Shown: positions 41,898 through 55,963, numbered from the stretch's first letter. The stretch is 64,000 nt of DNA from Octopus vulgaris (GCA_951406725.2 OX597828.1:32178001-32242000), one strand, 5' to 3'. Notes: generated by a model from the sequence alone, not told the origin. Program-made: numbers and translations.

Positions 41898-42149
41898 TGT
41901 ATTTAAATATAAATCTTCAAGAAAATATTCATTACTTCCTTATTGTGTTCCTTTATCATTTTAGAAGAAAAAAAACTTTTTGTCTGTTTTCATTTCTTTC
42001 ATTAAATTCATTTGAAAAGATGCCACATGCTTCTCTTCTTCATTTTGATCAATGTTGTCATGGCAATTAGGTTGCCATAGCAGCAAACAGCTTCGACATC
42101 AGCTTGAGAGGAAACAACTCGTTAATTGGCCCAAAACATATCTCTTTAA

Positions 42150-42326
42150 ATGTTTCTATGAGGTTAAAAACTTATTTTTTTCGAAAAAATGAATGCAATA
42201 TTCGTCATCAGCTTGTAAATCTACATCCGTAGAAAATTTTAAATCAATCCATTGAAAATTGAAAGAAAAAAATCTTCAAGCGTTTGGAAACAAACAAAAG
42301 CAATTCTGTGTTGGCACAACCTTGCC
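42150..42326. mobile_element. Putative right terminal region of the Merlin element
   Basis: Ends gttggcacaaccttgcc; its reverse complement aligns patchily with 38725-38870 (ccaaca..tttgtttg.ttc; gaatat(t/c)gca.t....ttt..gaaaa). Confidence 0.45.
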
Positions 42327-43599
42327 AAGTGAATTTTCAATATTTTGAAGTCAATATCTCCTTTGTACGTTATTTTTACTGAACTGAAAATGACGAAACT
42401 CAAACTTGAGTATGGCATGATATTTCATGAATAATATTTTCTAGTATAGAGAGGTCAGGGATCTTATCACAGGCTAATGAGAACTACTACATATAAAGCT
42501 CGGTGAATAAACATGTTTTTTGTTCACTTGGGTAATTGCTCTTCTTGTGAGGAGGGTTCTGAGCACCCTCAGGACTAAGAAGACTTGTCAAAGGTCGGAT
42601 GTACTGCTTATGAGCCAATGACCATCCAGTTCAAGAAGGCAATGGCAATCCACCCCATTATCACTGCCACTAGAGGACAATGCTAGTGCCAGAACGATGT
42701 AACGCTACCGCTTTATTCGATGGCAGATCGCACGCTTTAACGAGAAAACTTTCCTTGTAGTGTCAACAAAGTGATGCAAAATTGTACGAGGCATGGCGGT
42801 GACCATCACGAATACGGAAGCGATGGCGAGGCGATGGTGGTGGCGGCGACGTCTGCCATAGGCGCAAGACCTGGAGATTTGCGTAAAAGCAGGCTAATCG
42901 ATTACGTCAATTTCACCGTTCAAATGACACTTTTTTTTAGAGATAGAAGAAATAGTAGGTCAACCTCGACGAAATTTTAATTCTTCACTTATAGCCGGAA
43001 GTAATTCTGTGATACATTCTGTCCGTTTTACTAATTATTCTGCCAGCTTATCCAATTATTTAATGAAAGGTGTTCAAAACAATATACAACCTTACTTAAA
43101 TTAATCAAATTAGCAGCAAGTAATCTAATTATAAAGCTTCCTAATGAGGGACGGTCATATGAACATTTTTCAAGGAATTGGATAATCTAACAAAGAATAT
43201 AAATGCAATTTTTCAACTGTGCTGTTTAATACCAAGGTCAGCCTTTTTTGGACCGTGAAGCTGTGATTAACCAATGTTATTTCCAGTCATACCCTGGCCC
43301 TAAAATAATTAACGGTAAAATTTTAGGGTTTTTTTTGTTTGCTCTTTTGCTATCAGGCCGAGCAATTATACAGATATTACATTACTGGAACATTTCTACT
43401 CTTTCCACTACTTGTAAGATAGGATGAAACATAATCTATCCAAACAACTATAAATGTATCCTATATTTTATCCATTATTATTTCTTTGTTTCTCATTCTA
43501 CCTTCCTGGACATGTATTTATGTATTTATCTCTCTCAATGGACATGGGGATACATACACACACAAACACAAATACACACGCACATGCATATAATATATG

Positions 43600-43750
43600 T
43601 GTTTCTTTTCTGTGTATCTTTCTGTTGAAGAGCGTAGGCTCTAAACGTAAAAGACTTGTATTATTTATATTCTTGAGCGCCATACTAATACAATTGTTCG
43701 TTTGTATTCCACCTGCCTTCGTCTTTTGTTTATTTTCATAAGGCTTCCCG
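43600..43750 (+). mobile_element. Penelope-like non-autonomous remnant with inactive HHR motif
   Basis: tcttt-CTGTTGA-a-gagc(gtag)gctc-tAAAC-GTA-aaaga with stem I tcttt/aaaga; same family as 17.5, 62.6 and 63.2 kb; ends at (TA)n. Confidence 0.65.
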
Positions 43751-45352
43751 TTATATATATATATATATACGCTGCTGTAAGGTTGTTATAGAATCTTTTA
43801 TTTGCCGTGCATCAATGAATAACAAGGATGTATGTGTATGAAAATATTTGAATTGCAAAGCATCAGAGTGTTGAGACAGTTTACAAGTTGTATAATATTC
43901 GTCGTTTTCTAATTTCAGCTCTCCTTCTCGCTCGTTGTGGTATGTAGTTTAGTATAATATCTCGATTAATATGTTGTGTGCTACCTTGTACACGCACGTT
44001 TTCCAGTAATACAAAACCGCCTGAACGCAAACAAATAGGCAGAAGACTATAGTAGCCTTAAATACACATTTAGTTTTATTTGCATGTAACGTGAATTTTG
44101 TTCATTTTTCTAGGGTCTTTGTTTGCTTTTTAGACTTCACTTTGCAAGTGTGGAGAGAGCAATCAATGTGTATGTTTCTTTTTTCAATCGAAGCAATACA
44201 ATAAAGTACAATTAAAGGTTTCTTAATTAACTCCAGCGAACAAAATATTCCGTGCAACTGTCGATACTGAGACGCCTGTTAATGCCAGAAATATGTTGAT
44301 AAAGGAATGAAATCATTCACTGGTAAACAGAAATATCTGGCTATGCATAAGTGTCTGCTAGTATGACGTGACAATGAATTTAGCAGGGGAAAAAACATTT
44401 AGCAATAAAAAACCAAAGCTTTTCATATGAAAGTAAGTGAAACTAATATACAAATATTGCATTTTCTTTACAGCCATTTATTATTTTGTATGAATTCAAG
44501 ACGTTTTCTCAAATATATAGTAGGATATTTAATAACTATAGGTATAATCTACAGATAATATTATTGATATTAGATACAAAAGCGGAGCAGATTTATAATG
44601 GAATAATAATTTCTTTGGTGGGCATTGAATAGCTTTAGATTGTAATGTAAATTCACCATTGAGTGTCCAGAATATAACGGTGTTGTTATTACTTTCTGAG
44701 TATAGTATAGAAAAAAATGTTATTTTATTAAATCATTTAATACAAACTTATTTATCTATTGATTTAATCTTTCATTACTAGTGCTGCAATTCTTCAACTA
44801 CGCCAGCAATATGAATACGATTTTATAAATCTTATAATCTGGGCTACGTTGCGACGAACATGTAAAAATATTTATGGTGTATTTTTCTTGTAATAGATAA
44901 ATAAATATGGACGTGAGGCCGACCGTTATGACTAAAACGACTTACGAGACTTTTGGTTCAAACTCTAGAAACTAATACACATGAACAAAATCAAACATAA
45001 AGTGAAAAATGTTAGATTCAAATTCACACTAGTCAAATCACAATATGCATGAAAGAAAGTATCACCGAATTGAAATGTGTGTGTGTGCATTGTTATGTGA
45101 GAGTAACATATACAAGTATGCATATTTATATATGTGTTATTTCGCACGTTCGGATGACCTCTACATCACTCTATTCTGCTCTCGCCGCTACTCAACTGTT
45201 CTCTCTTCTAGTCTACCGACTGCTACTCTTGTGGTTTTACAACTGCTTTCAGTAACTCTTCCATTTCGGTACTATTCGAAACCTCGTCGCCACTGTGTAG
45301 TATTGCGACATAACAGTATGTGTGTATGTGTGTGTTTGTGTGTGTGTGTGTT

Positions 45353-45407
<55 letters not shown>

Positions 45408-45442
45408 ATGAATGTATATAGACACAGTTCGCGTACAGTAGT

Positions 45443-45778
45443 GTACAGCAGGGATCGACACCATCCCCTGCCGGAGCCTCGTGGAGCTTTAAGTGTTTTC
45501 GCTCAATAAACACTCACAACGCCCGGTCTGGGAATCGAAACCGCGATCCTATGACAACTTTCTCTCACTCTTACTTCCTGTTTCTGTTGTACCTTGTATT
45601 TCAAAGGGCCGGCCTTGTCACTCTCTGTGTCACGCTGAATATCCCCGAGAAGTACGTTAAGGGTACACGTGTCTGAGGAGTGCTCAGCCACTTACACGTT
45701 AATTTCACGAGCAGGCTGTTCCATTGATTCGGATCAACCGGAACCCTCGTCGTCGTAACCGACGGAGTGCACCCATCC
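45443..45778 (+). mobile_element. SINE family C, tail type 3, with 5' inversion
   Basis: 45443-45555 is reverse-complement head/core; 45556-45778 is the forward body; TSD acagtagtgt at 45435-45444 and 45779-45788. Confidence 0.88.
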
Positions 45779-46559
45779 ACAGTAGTGTCTATAACACACA
45801 ATGAAGAAAGCATAGATTGTAATAAAACGGTTTTGTACAATTTGGCGGAAATTGGTGGGGATTTTACGTTACTTCTGTATATCTTAATAGAGTTGTAATC
45901 ATTTCATTATTATGATAATTCTCAGAGGTTCTCTGCATATATTTAGTGGTCTCTTCATATAAGTGACAAGGAGCGTCGTTAAGAGAGGATTTGTTTATGT
46001 TGCTAAATTTGGTTGACATATGCACTTCAGTATTTGCAGAAATTAATTTCTCCGAAATTTGGCGCAGTAGGCACATCTGTTCAGAAAAGCGTGTTAAGAT
46101 AGACATTGTTTACTCTAGTGATGTGTTGTGTTTCAGTTTTGCAGTGTAAGCATGTATATTATTAAATGCTTGCCCGGGGTTTTATAATTTCTGGCAAAAG
46201 TTATTTTATCAGTTTGTGCGTCTATGTTCCCGTCACTGGACTACGGCAAATACAACATTAATTTAGCAGATAATCGTGACAACTTCTTTAGATCAATTAC
46301 CATATTGGTATGATGATCGAGTGAATATTATTAATGGTGCTAAAATATATACAAACTTACATGCTTACATACGTACATTGAAAAAGTTACATTCCAAAAA
46401 TAGCTCATGCTCTCATTGAAGATAATCCGGACTGAATGGTGTTTTGCATGTGGTCATTGCCAAAATTTGAAGAAATTGTATAATTGTTATCTAATTAGCC
46501 GGTAAAATTAGGCTTACTGGAGTTCTGAGAATCTGATTAGGACAGGGGAACATCATGTT

Positions 46560-47116
46560 TATTTATCAGAATTGACAGAATGGTGCGGCATATCACCAAA
46601 AGGATAAATATGAGCATTCATTTGGACGATACTATGACAGTTTACATTGAAGTGAAACTACGGCAACAATTTTATGCGAAGTATTTCAAAGGATTTTGAA
46701 AATGTAGAGATTTATCTCCAGCAAAATGGTACTTCTTCATCTTACCATATAACTATAAGTGCCTACCCTACCCAAATTTTAACATACAGGGGGATTACAC
46801 GTCCGATTTCACCGGACATCACGCGACTAGAATTCAATTTATTTATGGGATGTTTGAAACGTGAATTTTTCATAACACTCGAATGATTAACAAAAGCCAT
46901 TGCACGTAAATGTGCACATACACAGAACGAACTGCTTCGTGACTTTTGCGGTATTATTCCTTGGTATAATCACTTTGAATGGGAGTGGGGTTTCATAAAA
47001 GAGAAATAAATTACGCCTGTAGATTCTATTTTATTTTGAAAATTAAATGTATTTTCAAAAACGCTGATTTTATGATAATTCAATTAATGTCTACATATAT
47101 TTAGGTCACTCTGTAT
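46560..47116 (+). mobile_element. Highly decayed Tc1/mariner-superfamily transposase 3' part
   Basis: IYLQQNGTSSSYH (cf. FQQDGAPxH) and PISPDITRLEFNLFMGCLK (cf. PRSPDLTPLDFFLWGYLK); TIR-like end ggtcactctgta. Confidence 0.65.
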
Positions 47117-47994
47117 GTATTAGCCTCTGTGTATACATAGTAGTAGATACATATATAAACGTAGTTGATACTATTCACTAGTGAGTGACTAAATTTAATT
47201 ATCATCATGGTTATGGCCTTAAAAGTCATCTTGGTAGTCTCTGTTGATTGGTAAAGCCTTGTGCGATGGTGATAATTAACAATATGAAATTGCTTCTATT
47301 CAGGACATACACAGGAACAGCGCGCACACATGATTACACATGCATGCACACGTACACACATAAACAAAAACGCTCCCCTAATTATATATATACATATGTG
47401 TATATGCAAAAAATTAGCGTAGGTGTCTAGATATACTTATGTATTTGGTCATAAGTAAACATGCAGCATCAAATTTAGACTCTCTGCAGAATTCCACGAT
47501 ATGCTTTTATTAGAATTATGATTTTTTTCTATATTTTTTGGTATGGGTATCGAGCCGACACTTTTCGGCGTCTTTATGGCTCGTGATTATTTACTTGCAA
47601 CGTTTATATCGATACGAAAAATATTTGGGTATCATAACACATACAATTTTATTTGCATCAGATGTTGGATGGTTTTCTATAGTAAATCTTAGAAAAATAT
47701 TTGTATCTTATGCTTTTATCTTTTATATGTTTCAGTTATTTCATGAAGTCATAATTTGAACAAATCCACTGCCATTATCCTTTTGCTGGACTGCTAGATT
47801 GCGGGGAAGTAACACATATACACATGCATGCGCGCGCATATACACACACACACACATACGCACACACGCACGCACACACATTTTCATATTTATATATACG
47901 ATAGCATGATACGCATACATTTATAGTTTTGTTTGATTGTGTGTGCCGAAAATATCTGATAACTTGTACGATTTAGATAAAAATACATTTCGCC

Positions 47995-48430
47995 TCTTTT
48001 CATTTATTCGTTTCAGTCATTTGACTGTGGCCATGCTGGAGCACCGCCGTTAGTCGAGAAAATCGAACGCGAGACTTATTCTTTGGAAGCCTATTACTTA
48101 TTCTATCGGTCTGTTTGGACGAACCGCTAAGTTACGGGGACGTAAACACACCAGCATCCGTTGTCAAGCAATGTTGGTGGGACAAACACAGACACACAAA
48201 CATGCACACATACATATATGTATATATATACATATATGTACATACATATATACGACAGGCTTCTGTCAGTTTCCGTCTACCAAATCCACTCACAACGCAT
48301 TGGTCGGTCCGAGGCTATAGTTGAAATCACTTGCCCAAGGTGCCGCGCAGTGGGACTGGATCCGGAACCATGTGGCTGATTTACCATGTGGTTGGTAAGC
48401 AAGATACTTACCACAGAGCCACTCCTAGCC
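47995..48430 (-). mobile_element. SINE family B, full length
   Basis: cagtcatttgactgtggccatgctggagcaccgcc..gaaccgctaagttacggggacg..cttgcccaaggtgcc..gagccactcct. Confidence 0.92.
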
Positions 48431-48731
48431 ATTTAGAACGATTTGAAAAAATTATCATCTTACCTGAAAACCTGTCTATAAGAGGAGAAAAATCTTAGTA
48501 GCAGATGACTCATTATCATTTTAATACAAATCAGTAGACAAATACAAATGTAAATCAGCGAAAAACACAAATTTTCAAGGGTCTGAATAGGATTTGTAAA
48601 TATTGGTTTTATATTTAGGCACGAGGCAGGACTTTCCGTGGGAGAGGGTTAATCATTAACATTGACCCCCACCCCAAGGATACAACACTAGTACTAGTTC
48701 GAGGGTATGGTGGTGGAAGACAGCCGACGAC

Positions 48732-48806
48732 GTTGCCACGCAGTGGGACTGAACCACGAGCCATGTGGTAGAGAAGCAAGTTTCCTATCACTCTGCCAAT
48801 TCTGTG

Positions 48807-48810
<4 letters not shown>
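48732..48810 (-). mobile_element. SINE family B head fragment
   Basis: tgccacgcagtgggactgaacc..ccatgtgg..ctgtgcct followed by (TA)n. Confidence 0.75.
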
Positions 48811-48861
<51 letters not shown>

Positions 48862-49843
48862 GTATATATATATGAACATATGTTTATATGTATGTATATA
48901 TATCTACTATCCCCTCTATCTATATACATATATATATAAGTTAGTATTTGTTACGTTGTTACTTTTAATAGTCTGATGTGGAATAACAGCCCAATGCTTC
49001 GATGTCAGTGTGCTTAATCTCGTGAAATTTTAACATATACGTATATTTGCGCGTGCGTGTGTGTGTGTGTGTGTATGTGTGTGCATATGTGTGTGTGTTT
49101 GTGTGTGTACTGTTCTATTGTGGATGTCAGTCTGCCAAAAAATATCAAAAATTGCTTGCAGTCCATTCTTCAATTATTAATTGTTAATTGATTCATTTGA
49201 CAAACTTTTTGACCAAAACATTGTGGTTATGTCTTTGAATACTATATAATAGTCTCCAATGCGTGCGTCTGGTCTATTTATATGTTGTTGTTTCTCAGTC
49301 CAACTATGTGTATTATTGACTTCTAAGTATGATATTTGTTGTTGATTCTGATGCGGTATGTACGTTTGTGTCTGTTTATATGTGCGTGTATATTAACGCT
49401 AATAAATGTATAGCCAAAAGCAGTTATCTGTTTAGGAGACAAAAAAAATAATTCAATAAACAATAGTAACGAAATATATTTTATACATAATTGTGTGCGT
49501 GTAGACGTTTATAAGAATGCGTGTGTTTTGGTGAGTGTTGTATTTCTGCTGCTATTTTTTTTTATATCTGTTCCCAAACTTACTAACACATACTGCAACA
49601 TGTGTGTGTGCCTGTATATGTGCTTACATATACGTGTATGTGTGTCTGTGTGTATGTACATGTGTGAATGTATATATTTGCATACATATATTATTGCACA
49701 GCAGATATGTTTAAATATATACTTATATGTATGTCTAAATATATATATATATGTATATATCTATATATCTCTATATATATGTATATATATATAAATATAT
49801 ATATATATACATATATCAGTATATATATATGGGGGTGCGCGTG

Positions 49844-49884
<41 letters not shown>

Positions 49885-50018
49885 ATCGTTACGTATGTTT
49901 TATATATATGGTGGTTTTCCATATTTTGTTGTTTGTTAACAAAATAGATCGCAACTTTTGATACAATTTTATTGCAATGTATCTGTTTTTATTCGAAGAA
50001 TCGCGGCGTTATGTCTTT

Positions 50019-50075
<57 letters not shown>

Positions 50076-50256
50076 CATGTATATATATACAGAGAGAAAG
50101 AGAGAGAGAAATGTTCCTGGCTGCGTTCGTATATTCGATATCATCAACGTTCTCTGTGTGCAGCTAAGTTAAACAGAACCATATGACTCTTCACGTATTC
50201 ACTCAGAGTCACAACCGCTGACGCACATACACACAAACCTATATTCACACAGTAAC

Positions 50257-50297
<41 letters not shown>

Positions 50298-50614
50298 GAC
50301 ACAAATACACACATGCGCACGCACACATACTTGAAAATACCGGTACCCTCCACTGACCATTCTTCTACGCACATGTATAGGTAGACATACAAGACGCAGC
50401 CACTCCTACCAAAATTCTTATTATAAATTCTTCCTATGACCTTAAACGATGCTAAGCCAGTCACAACCACACACACGTACACACACGTGCTATCATTATA
50501 CACACACACACACAGACCTGCCCACTCGCACATACCCACACATACACACACTCTCCTGTCTTTGAAAGAACTTTTTCTTCAGCCATTCCTTTCCGGTCAT
50601 TTCAATAAGTTACC

Positions 50615-50795
50615 GCGTGTGTATCGTTGGCGATATTTTTCTATGTCTTCCCTTTCTTGGACTTTTCCTTTTTTTATTTCTCTGACGAAGAGCTCTGGTC
50701 GAAACGTTAAATCCTTCTTTCCTTTCCTGAGCATCCAATAACACTATACTTGTTCCATGTCCTTGCGATTTTGTGTTTTCTCTTTGTTCATGTTT

Positions 50796-50860
<65 letters not shown>

Positions 50861-51136
50861 TCAGCGGTTGTGACTGAGTGAATAAGTGAAGAGTAATATG
50901 GTTCTGTTTAACTTAGATGCACACATTGAACGTTTATGATATGTGTACCGTTGGCGATTTTTTTCCTCCGTCTTCCCTTCTCTGAATCTTTCATTCTGCT
51001 ATGTTTCCGACGAAGAGCTCCGCTCAAAACGTTAAACCCTCCTTCTTTCCTTCTTTCCTGAGCGTCCAATAATACCATATTTGTTCCCCGTCTTCGCGTT
51101 GTTGTGTTTGTTTGTGCTTTCTTGTTTCGATTAACT

Positions 51137-51140
<4 letters not shown>
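50615..51140 (+). mobile_element. Two tandem Penelope-like terminal units with HHR motifs
   Basis: Units 50615-50800 and 50943-51140 share gtgta.cgttggcgat..(c)TGACGAagagctc..GAAACGTTaaa..cctgagc.tccaataa; each ends in (TA)n. Confidence 0.7.
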
Positions 51141-51190
<50 letters not shown>

Positions 51191-51192
<2 letters not shown>

Positions 51193-51302
51193 GGGTCGAT
51201 AGAGTGAAGACAAAAGCACCAGTGGAATACTGGTTGATAAAATCATGCAGACCCTCTCCCCTAAAATTACCAGCCTTGTGCCTAGATTATAAATGATTAT
51301 TA
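51191..51302 (+). mobile_element. SINE family A 3' fragment, old
   Basis: cggggtcgata..caccagt..gccttgtgcctaga..tattact. Confidence 0.6.
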
Positions 51303-52267
51303 CTGGTTTTTTTTCATTTATTACTGTGTTTATTGTTGGGGCTCTGCGTTTTCATAAGTTACTTGCTTGGGATCCACCTGTTGAAGATATCCTCGTTGTT
51401 CCTTCGAACCACAGGATGATTCTACTATAGATTGAATCGTAGCTGCTTCATTGTTTGTTAGTCTCTGTTGTGTTTCATTTATAAACATTTTAGCAAATCG
51501 ATCCTATTATCTCTTCCAGACCTATGAATTAGCGACAGAACAGCAACCCCTAATAGCAGTTTGCTTCTAGAGGAATACACCTTTTTGCTAGCATATATAT
51601 GAAGTTTAGTCGTGATTATGAATCTTCAGTTTCTTTCTTTCTCTAAGTACATTATTTTGAGGTGGATATAAACAGGGCAAACTTTTTTGTTTACTTTAGA
51701 AAATAGAAAAAATATGTTTCTAAACTACTTCAGCTCAACTATAGGTTGTTTCTCTATAGACTTGCCTGTAACCTTCTATCTATAAAAAATAGTAATTTAA
51801 CAACATACATTTGTTTGGGCTTTTTCCAACTTATTCAGCTACACTTCACACAAAGTAATTTGTGTCATCGTAAGGATCGGCAAAAACATGATTTAATGGA
51901 TCTGTCACGTTTTTCTCGAATCGTTTCTTTGTAATTTCCTTTTCGTTAAATATTATACAAATAAGTAAGCTCGTTCAATTCTAAGTTTAGCGCCTACTAG
52001 TACTACATTATGAAATTTCTTGACTCTGCCAAGTGTCTATTTTTTTAGATTTCATTTATTTTCTTGTATTTTAAATTTAAATTATTTGGGGTTTTTTCGC
52101 TGATGATATAAAGGAAATATTCCCATGTTTTTATTATAATTGTTTGTAAACATTCTGACAGTGTTACTCACGTTCAAGTGCAGGAATAAATAATATCTCA
52201 GTTCAGATTAGAAAAGCACTTACACTCACAGACATTTATAATCAACTTAGCTATGAATTTTAGCAAA

Positions 52268-52453
52268 CTTTTTATTCTGTTATTCTTTTACTTGTTTCAG
52301 TCATTTCTATGTGGTCATGCTGGAGTACCGTTTTTATTCGAGCAAATCGACCCCCAGGACTTATTCTTTGTAAGTCTGGTACTTATTCTATCTAGTTCTT
52401 TTGCCGAACCGCTAAGTTACGGGGACTTAAACACACCAGAATTGATTGTCAAG

Positions 52454-52503
<50 letters not shown>

Positions 52504-52540
52504 CGAGCGTCTACCAAATCTACTCACAAGGCTTTGGTCT
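52268..52540 (-). mobile_element. SINE family B, partial
   Basis: ttcttttacttgtttcagtcatt..gccgaaccgctaagttacgggga..(TA)n..cgtctaccaaatctactcacaaggctttggtc. Confidence 0.88.
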
Positions 52541-53879
52541 TTTATATTGTGTATATATCTCTCTCCCTCTCACTCCCTCTCTTTACACCGTCGCTAGAAG
52601 GGGACTTAACTCATGTTTTGTAAACAATAATGACGTCAGTACAGTGGATTTCTCCGCCGTGAAAATTGAAGTTATGGCTCAAAATTATTTACCGCTATTC
52701 GGGGGAAAATAATTTGACGAAAATACAGCTAGGTTCGTGACGAATGTCCTCCTAAAATTTGAGCGACATGATTGCTAATTTTGGATGTTCATAAACTACA
52801 TTCATGTACACACACACACACACACACACACACACCTTGCCTTATATATATATATATACAGATGCTGGGAGCAATGGTCCGTCTTGAATAATATTTGCTC
52901 CTAACGTACTTTGGACAGTATTTATAAAATCGCTGCATTGGAAAATTTTCATATCAAAACATTCCCAGAAAAGCAAGCGGTTATTGGTGAAACTATTGTA
53001 TTATTCAAACCAATCGGATTCAAAAACAAGTAAATGATTTTAATGACTGGATTACATTTGAATATGTGCTGCACTATTAACGCACACAAAAACAATAAAT
53101 AGTGTAAATAGTTGATTATAATTTTGAGACAGTGTAAAGGAAGTGGACATGCATTCACTGAAACGAGATATGAAGTCATTCAGATTATCTTCTAGCCACT
53201 ACGTTCTCACTACCGATAAATCGAATCATACACCGTGTTTGTTTCTCTCCAGCTGAGAGCTAAATGAATTATCATTATGGTACGTACTGAAATACAGATA
53301 ACGACGTTGAGAATTAAATGTTTTCAATGTGTAAACAACGACAACACGCTGATGTTAAATGAAGCAAGGATACCATATATCACGGATGTGTCCACCTACA
53401 CCCGAAGCTTTGCAGATATATGTCCCCTCTTTCTGAATTACATTACATTAGTGATAACTACTTGACGTCAACCGCTGATAATTAGGGTTAGTCTAATATG
53501 AATCATATTGAAAACGATGAAGTCTTAATTTTCAACGTTACCGTTAACCCATTTGTGTATATCGCATTCATATCTATAATTAACAGGAACTAATTCAGCA
53601 AATGACATATGAGTACTTTATTTAACTCGTACAGGAGTACACAACTGTGTGAGCACGTGTATGCAGGGAAAGGAAGCAAATCTATAATATATCCACACCC
53701 GCACACGTACACACACAAACGGATACGCATGCACATACTCAAATACAAGAGCTCCTCCATCCATTTCTTCTGTTTCAATTTTATCCCCTTCATTATCTGC
53801 ATTGTCTTCCTAATGTTTGATGAAGGACTTTTTCGGAAACATTATCAATTACACTTATTCCTGTCAACTCTGAATTTGA

Positions 53880-54067
53880 TAGCGGTATTTCGTCTGCCGT
53901 TACGTTCTGAGTTCAAATTCCGCCGATGTCGACTTTGCCTTTTATACTTTAGGGGTCGATATAATTAAGTACTAGTTACGCACTGGAGTCGATGTAATCG
54001 ACTTAATCCGTTTGTCTGTCCTCGTTTGTCCCCTCTGTGTTTAACCCCTTGTGTGTAATAAAGAAAC
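53880..54067 (+). mobile_element. SINE family A, 5'-truncated, tail type 1
   Basis: tagcggtatttcgtctgccgttacgttctgagttcaaattccgcc..gtcccctctgtgtttaaccccttgtgtgtaataaagaaa. Confidence 0.9.
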
Positions 54068-54084
54068 ACACACACACACACACT

Positions 54085-54141
<57 letters not shown>

Positions 54142-54172
54142 CTATGTACAATCACACACTCACTCACGCACG

Positions 54173-54205
<33 letters not shown>

Positions 54206-54883
54206 TACCACTTATGTGTGCATATGTCTGATATAAATATGTGTACATATACATGCGCATGTAAGTGCGTGTGTGTGTGTATGCATATGTATTTGTATAT
54301 GTATGAACTGACACGCCACTAGTTGCCAGTTCGATATTTTGCTCATTAGGACAACGTACTGAAATTCATATTCATTATGAAAAATTGACCAGTAATGTTT
54401 TAATAAGGCTAGTAGAGACAAATGAAACAAGTGAAACATATTGTGACATATATAATATAAGGATATGTTCTACTGAGTATTATACAATATTTTTGAAATT
54501 CTTAAACGTTATCGTGAAAGGCGCAGTCTTGTAAAACAATGTTTCAAATATATCCTTACATTGACCTTTACTTTCAGATACACCCCACCAATCATAATGA
54601 ACACAAACACACACACACACACACAGACATACACACACACCTACACACATACGCACAGATCGACGCACACATATATGAGCGTGTGTGTGTGGTGTCTTCT
54701 TTTTGGCAGCCCCTGATTTGACAGTGTTCAGATTTTGCAAGCGAAAATGAAACATGTTATAAGTGGCTTCTAAGTTATCAAGTACACATTCTTCCGATAC
54801 TCAACATGAAACGGACGCATGTTTATGGGTATCTGTGTGTGCATGCTTGTGAGTGTATGTGTGTATACAAACATCGCAAAGTA

Positions 54884-54925
<42 letters not shown>

Positions 54926-55006
54926 TGTGCGTGCGTATATATATATGTGTGTGTGTATGTGTATATATGTATATATGTATGTATTGTATGTATGTATATG
55001 TATGTA

Positions 55007-55056
<50 letters not shown>

Positions 55057-55078
55057 TATATATAGTATATAATGTGTG

Positions 55079-55138
<60 letters not shown>

Positions 55139-55262
55139 CATTGTATATATAATAGAAATATATTTCCAAGTCTCTCTAAAATAGACTGCGGCAGCGGTAC
55201 TGGATATTAATAGTGTATATATATATATATATGTATGTATTGTATGTATGTATATGTATGTA

Positions 55263-55345
<83 letters not shown>

Positions 55346-55559
55346 CATTGTATATATAATAGAAATATATTTCCAACTCTCTCTAAGATAGACTGCGGCA
55401 GCGGTACTGGATATTAATAGTTATCGCCAAGCTAACATGGCAGTCCAGAAAATTAGGATGAATGCTGCCGTTGATTAGCTGCAAGAGGCCATCGCCTCTA
55501 GCTAGGTAAATGATCCTTCAAATACACGGTAAGTGGCGATCGCTGCCTGGTTCGGCTGA

Positions 55560-55602
55560 TTTACATTGATCAAGGGCAAATAACCTGAAACTAGTCTGTA
55601 GA
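55560..55602 (+). ncRNA. Minimal type I hammerhead motif, decayed copy
   Basis: tttaca-TTGATCA-agggc(aaat)aacct-GAAA-c-ta-GTC-tgtaga; 3-8 mismatch and weakened stem II. Confidence 0.55.
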
Positions 55603-55920
55603 TGCCAGACCAGCAAGGGGGAGCGACTGGCCTCCTCTGTTTGAAGGTTATAATTGAAGCAGGTTCGTGTGTCACATACCTAGCTAGAGGTGATGGCCTC
55701 TTGGAGCTAATCAACGGCAGCATTCGTCCTATTGTTCTGGACTTCCATGTTAGCTTGGTGATAACTACTAATATCCAGTACCGCTGATGTAGTCTCCTTT
55801 AGCGAGACTTAGGCGTATTAATATTTCTATCTTTGAAAACCAGTGGATGTATTCCACTGAATTTAGGAAAATAATCTTTGGTACAGACGGTCAGTAGCGA
55901 CGCTTGCTAGTTTCGGCTGC

Positions 55921-55963
55921 TCTACATTGATAAGGGGTAAATACCCTGAAACTAGTCTGTAGA
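55921..55963 (+). ncRNA. Minimal type I hammerhead ribozyme motif (U3-A8 variant)
   Basis: tctaca-TTGATAA-ggggt(aaat)accct-GAAA-c-ta-GTC-tgtaga: 6-bp stem I, 5-bp stem II with one G-U, palindromic ACTAGT, GUC cleavage triplet. Confidence 0.72.

Noticed and set aside
42540-42680. RTE-like motif aaggcaatggcaatccacccc
   Set aside because: Only a ~30-bp resemblance; boundaries cannot be defined.
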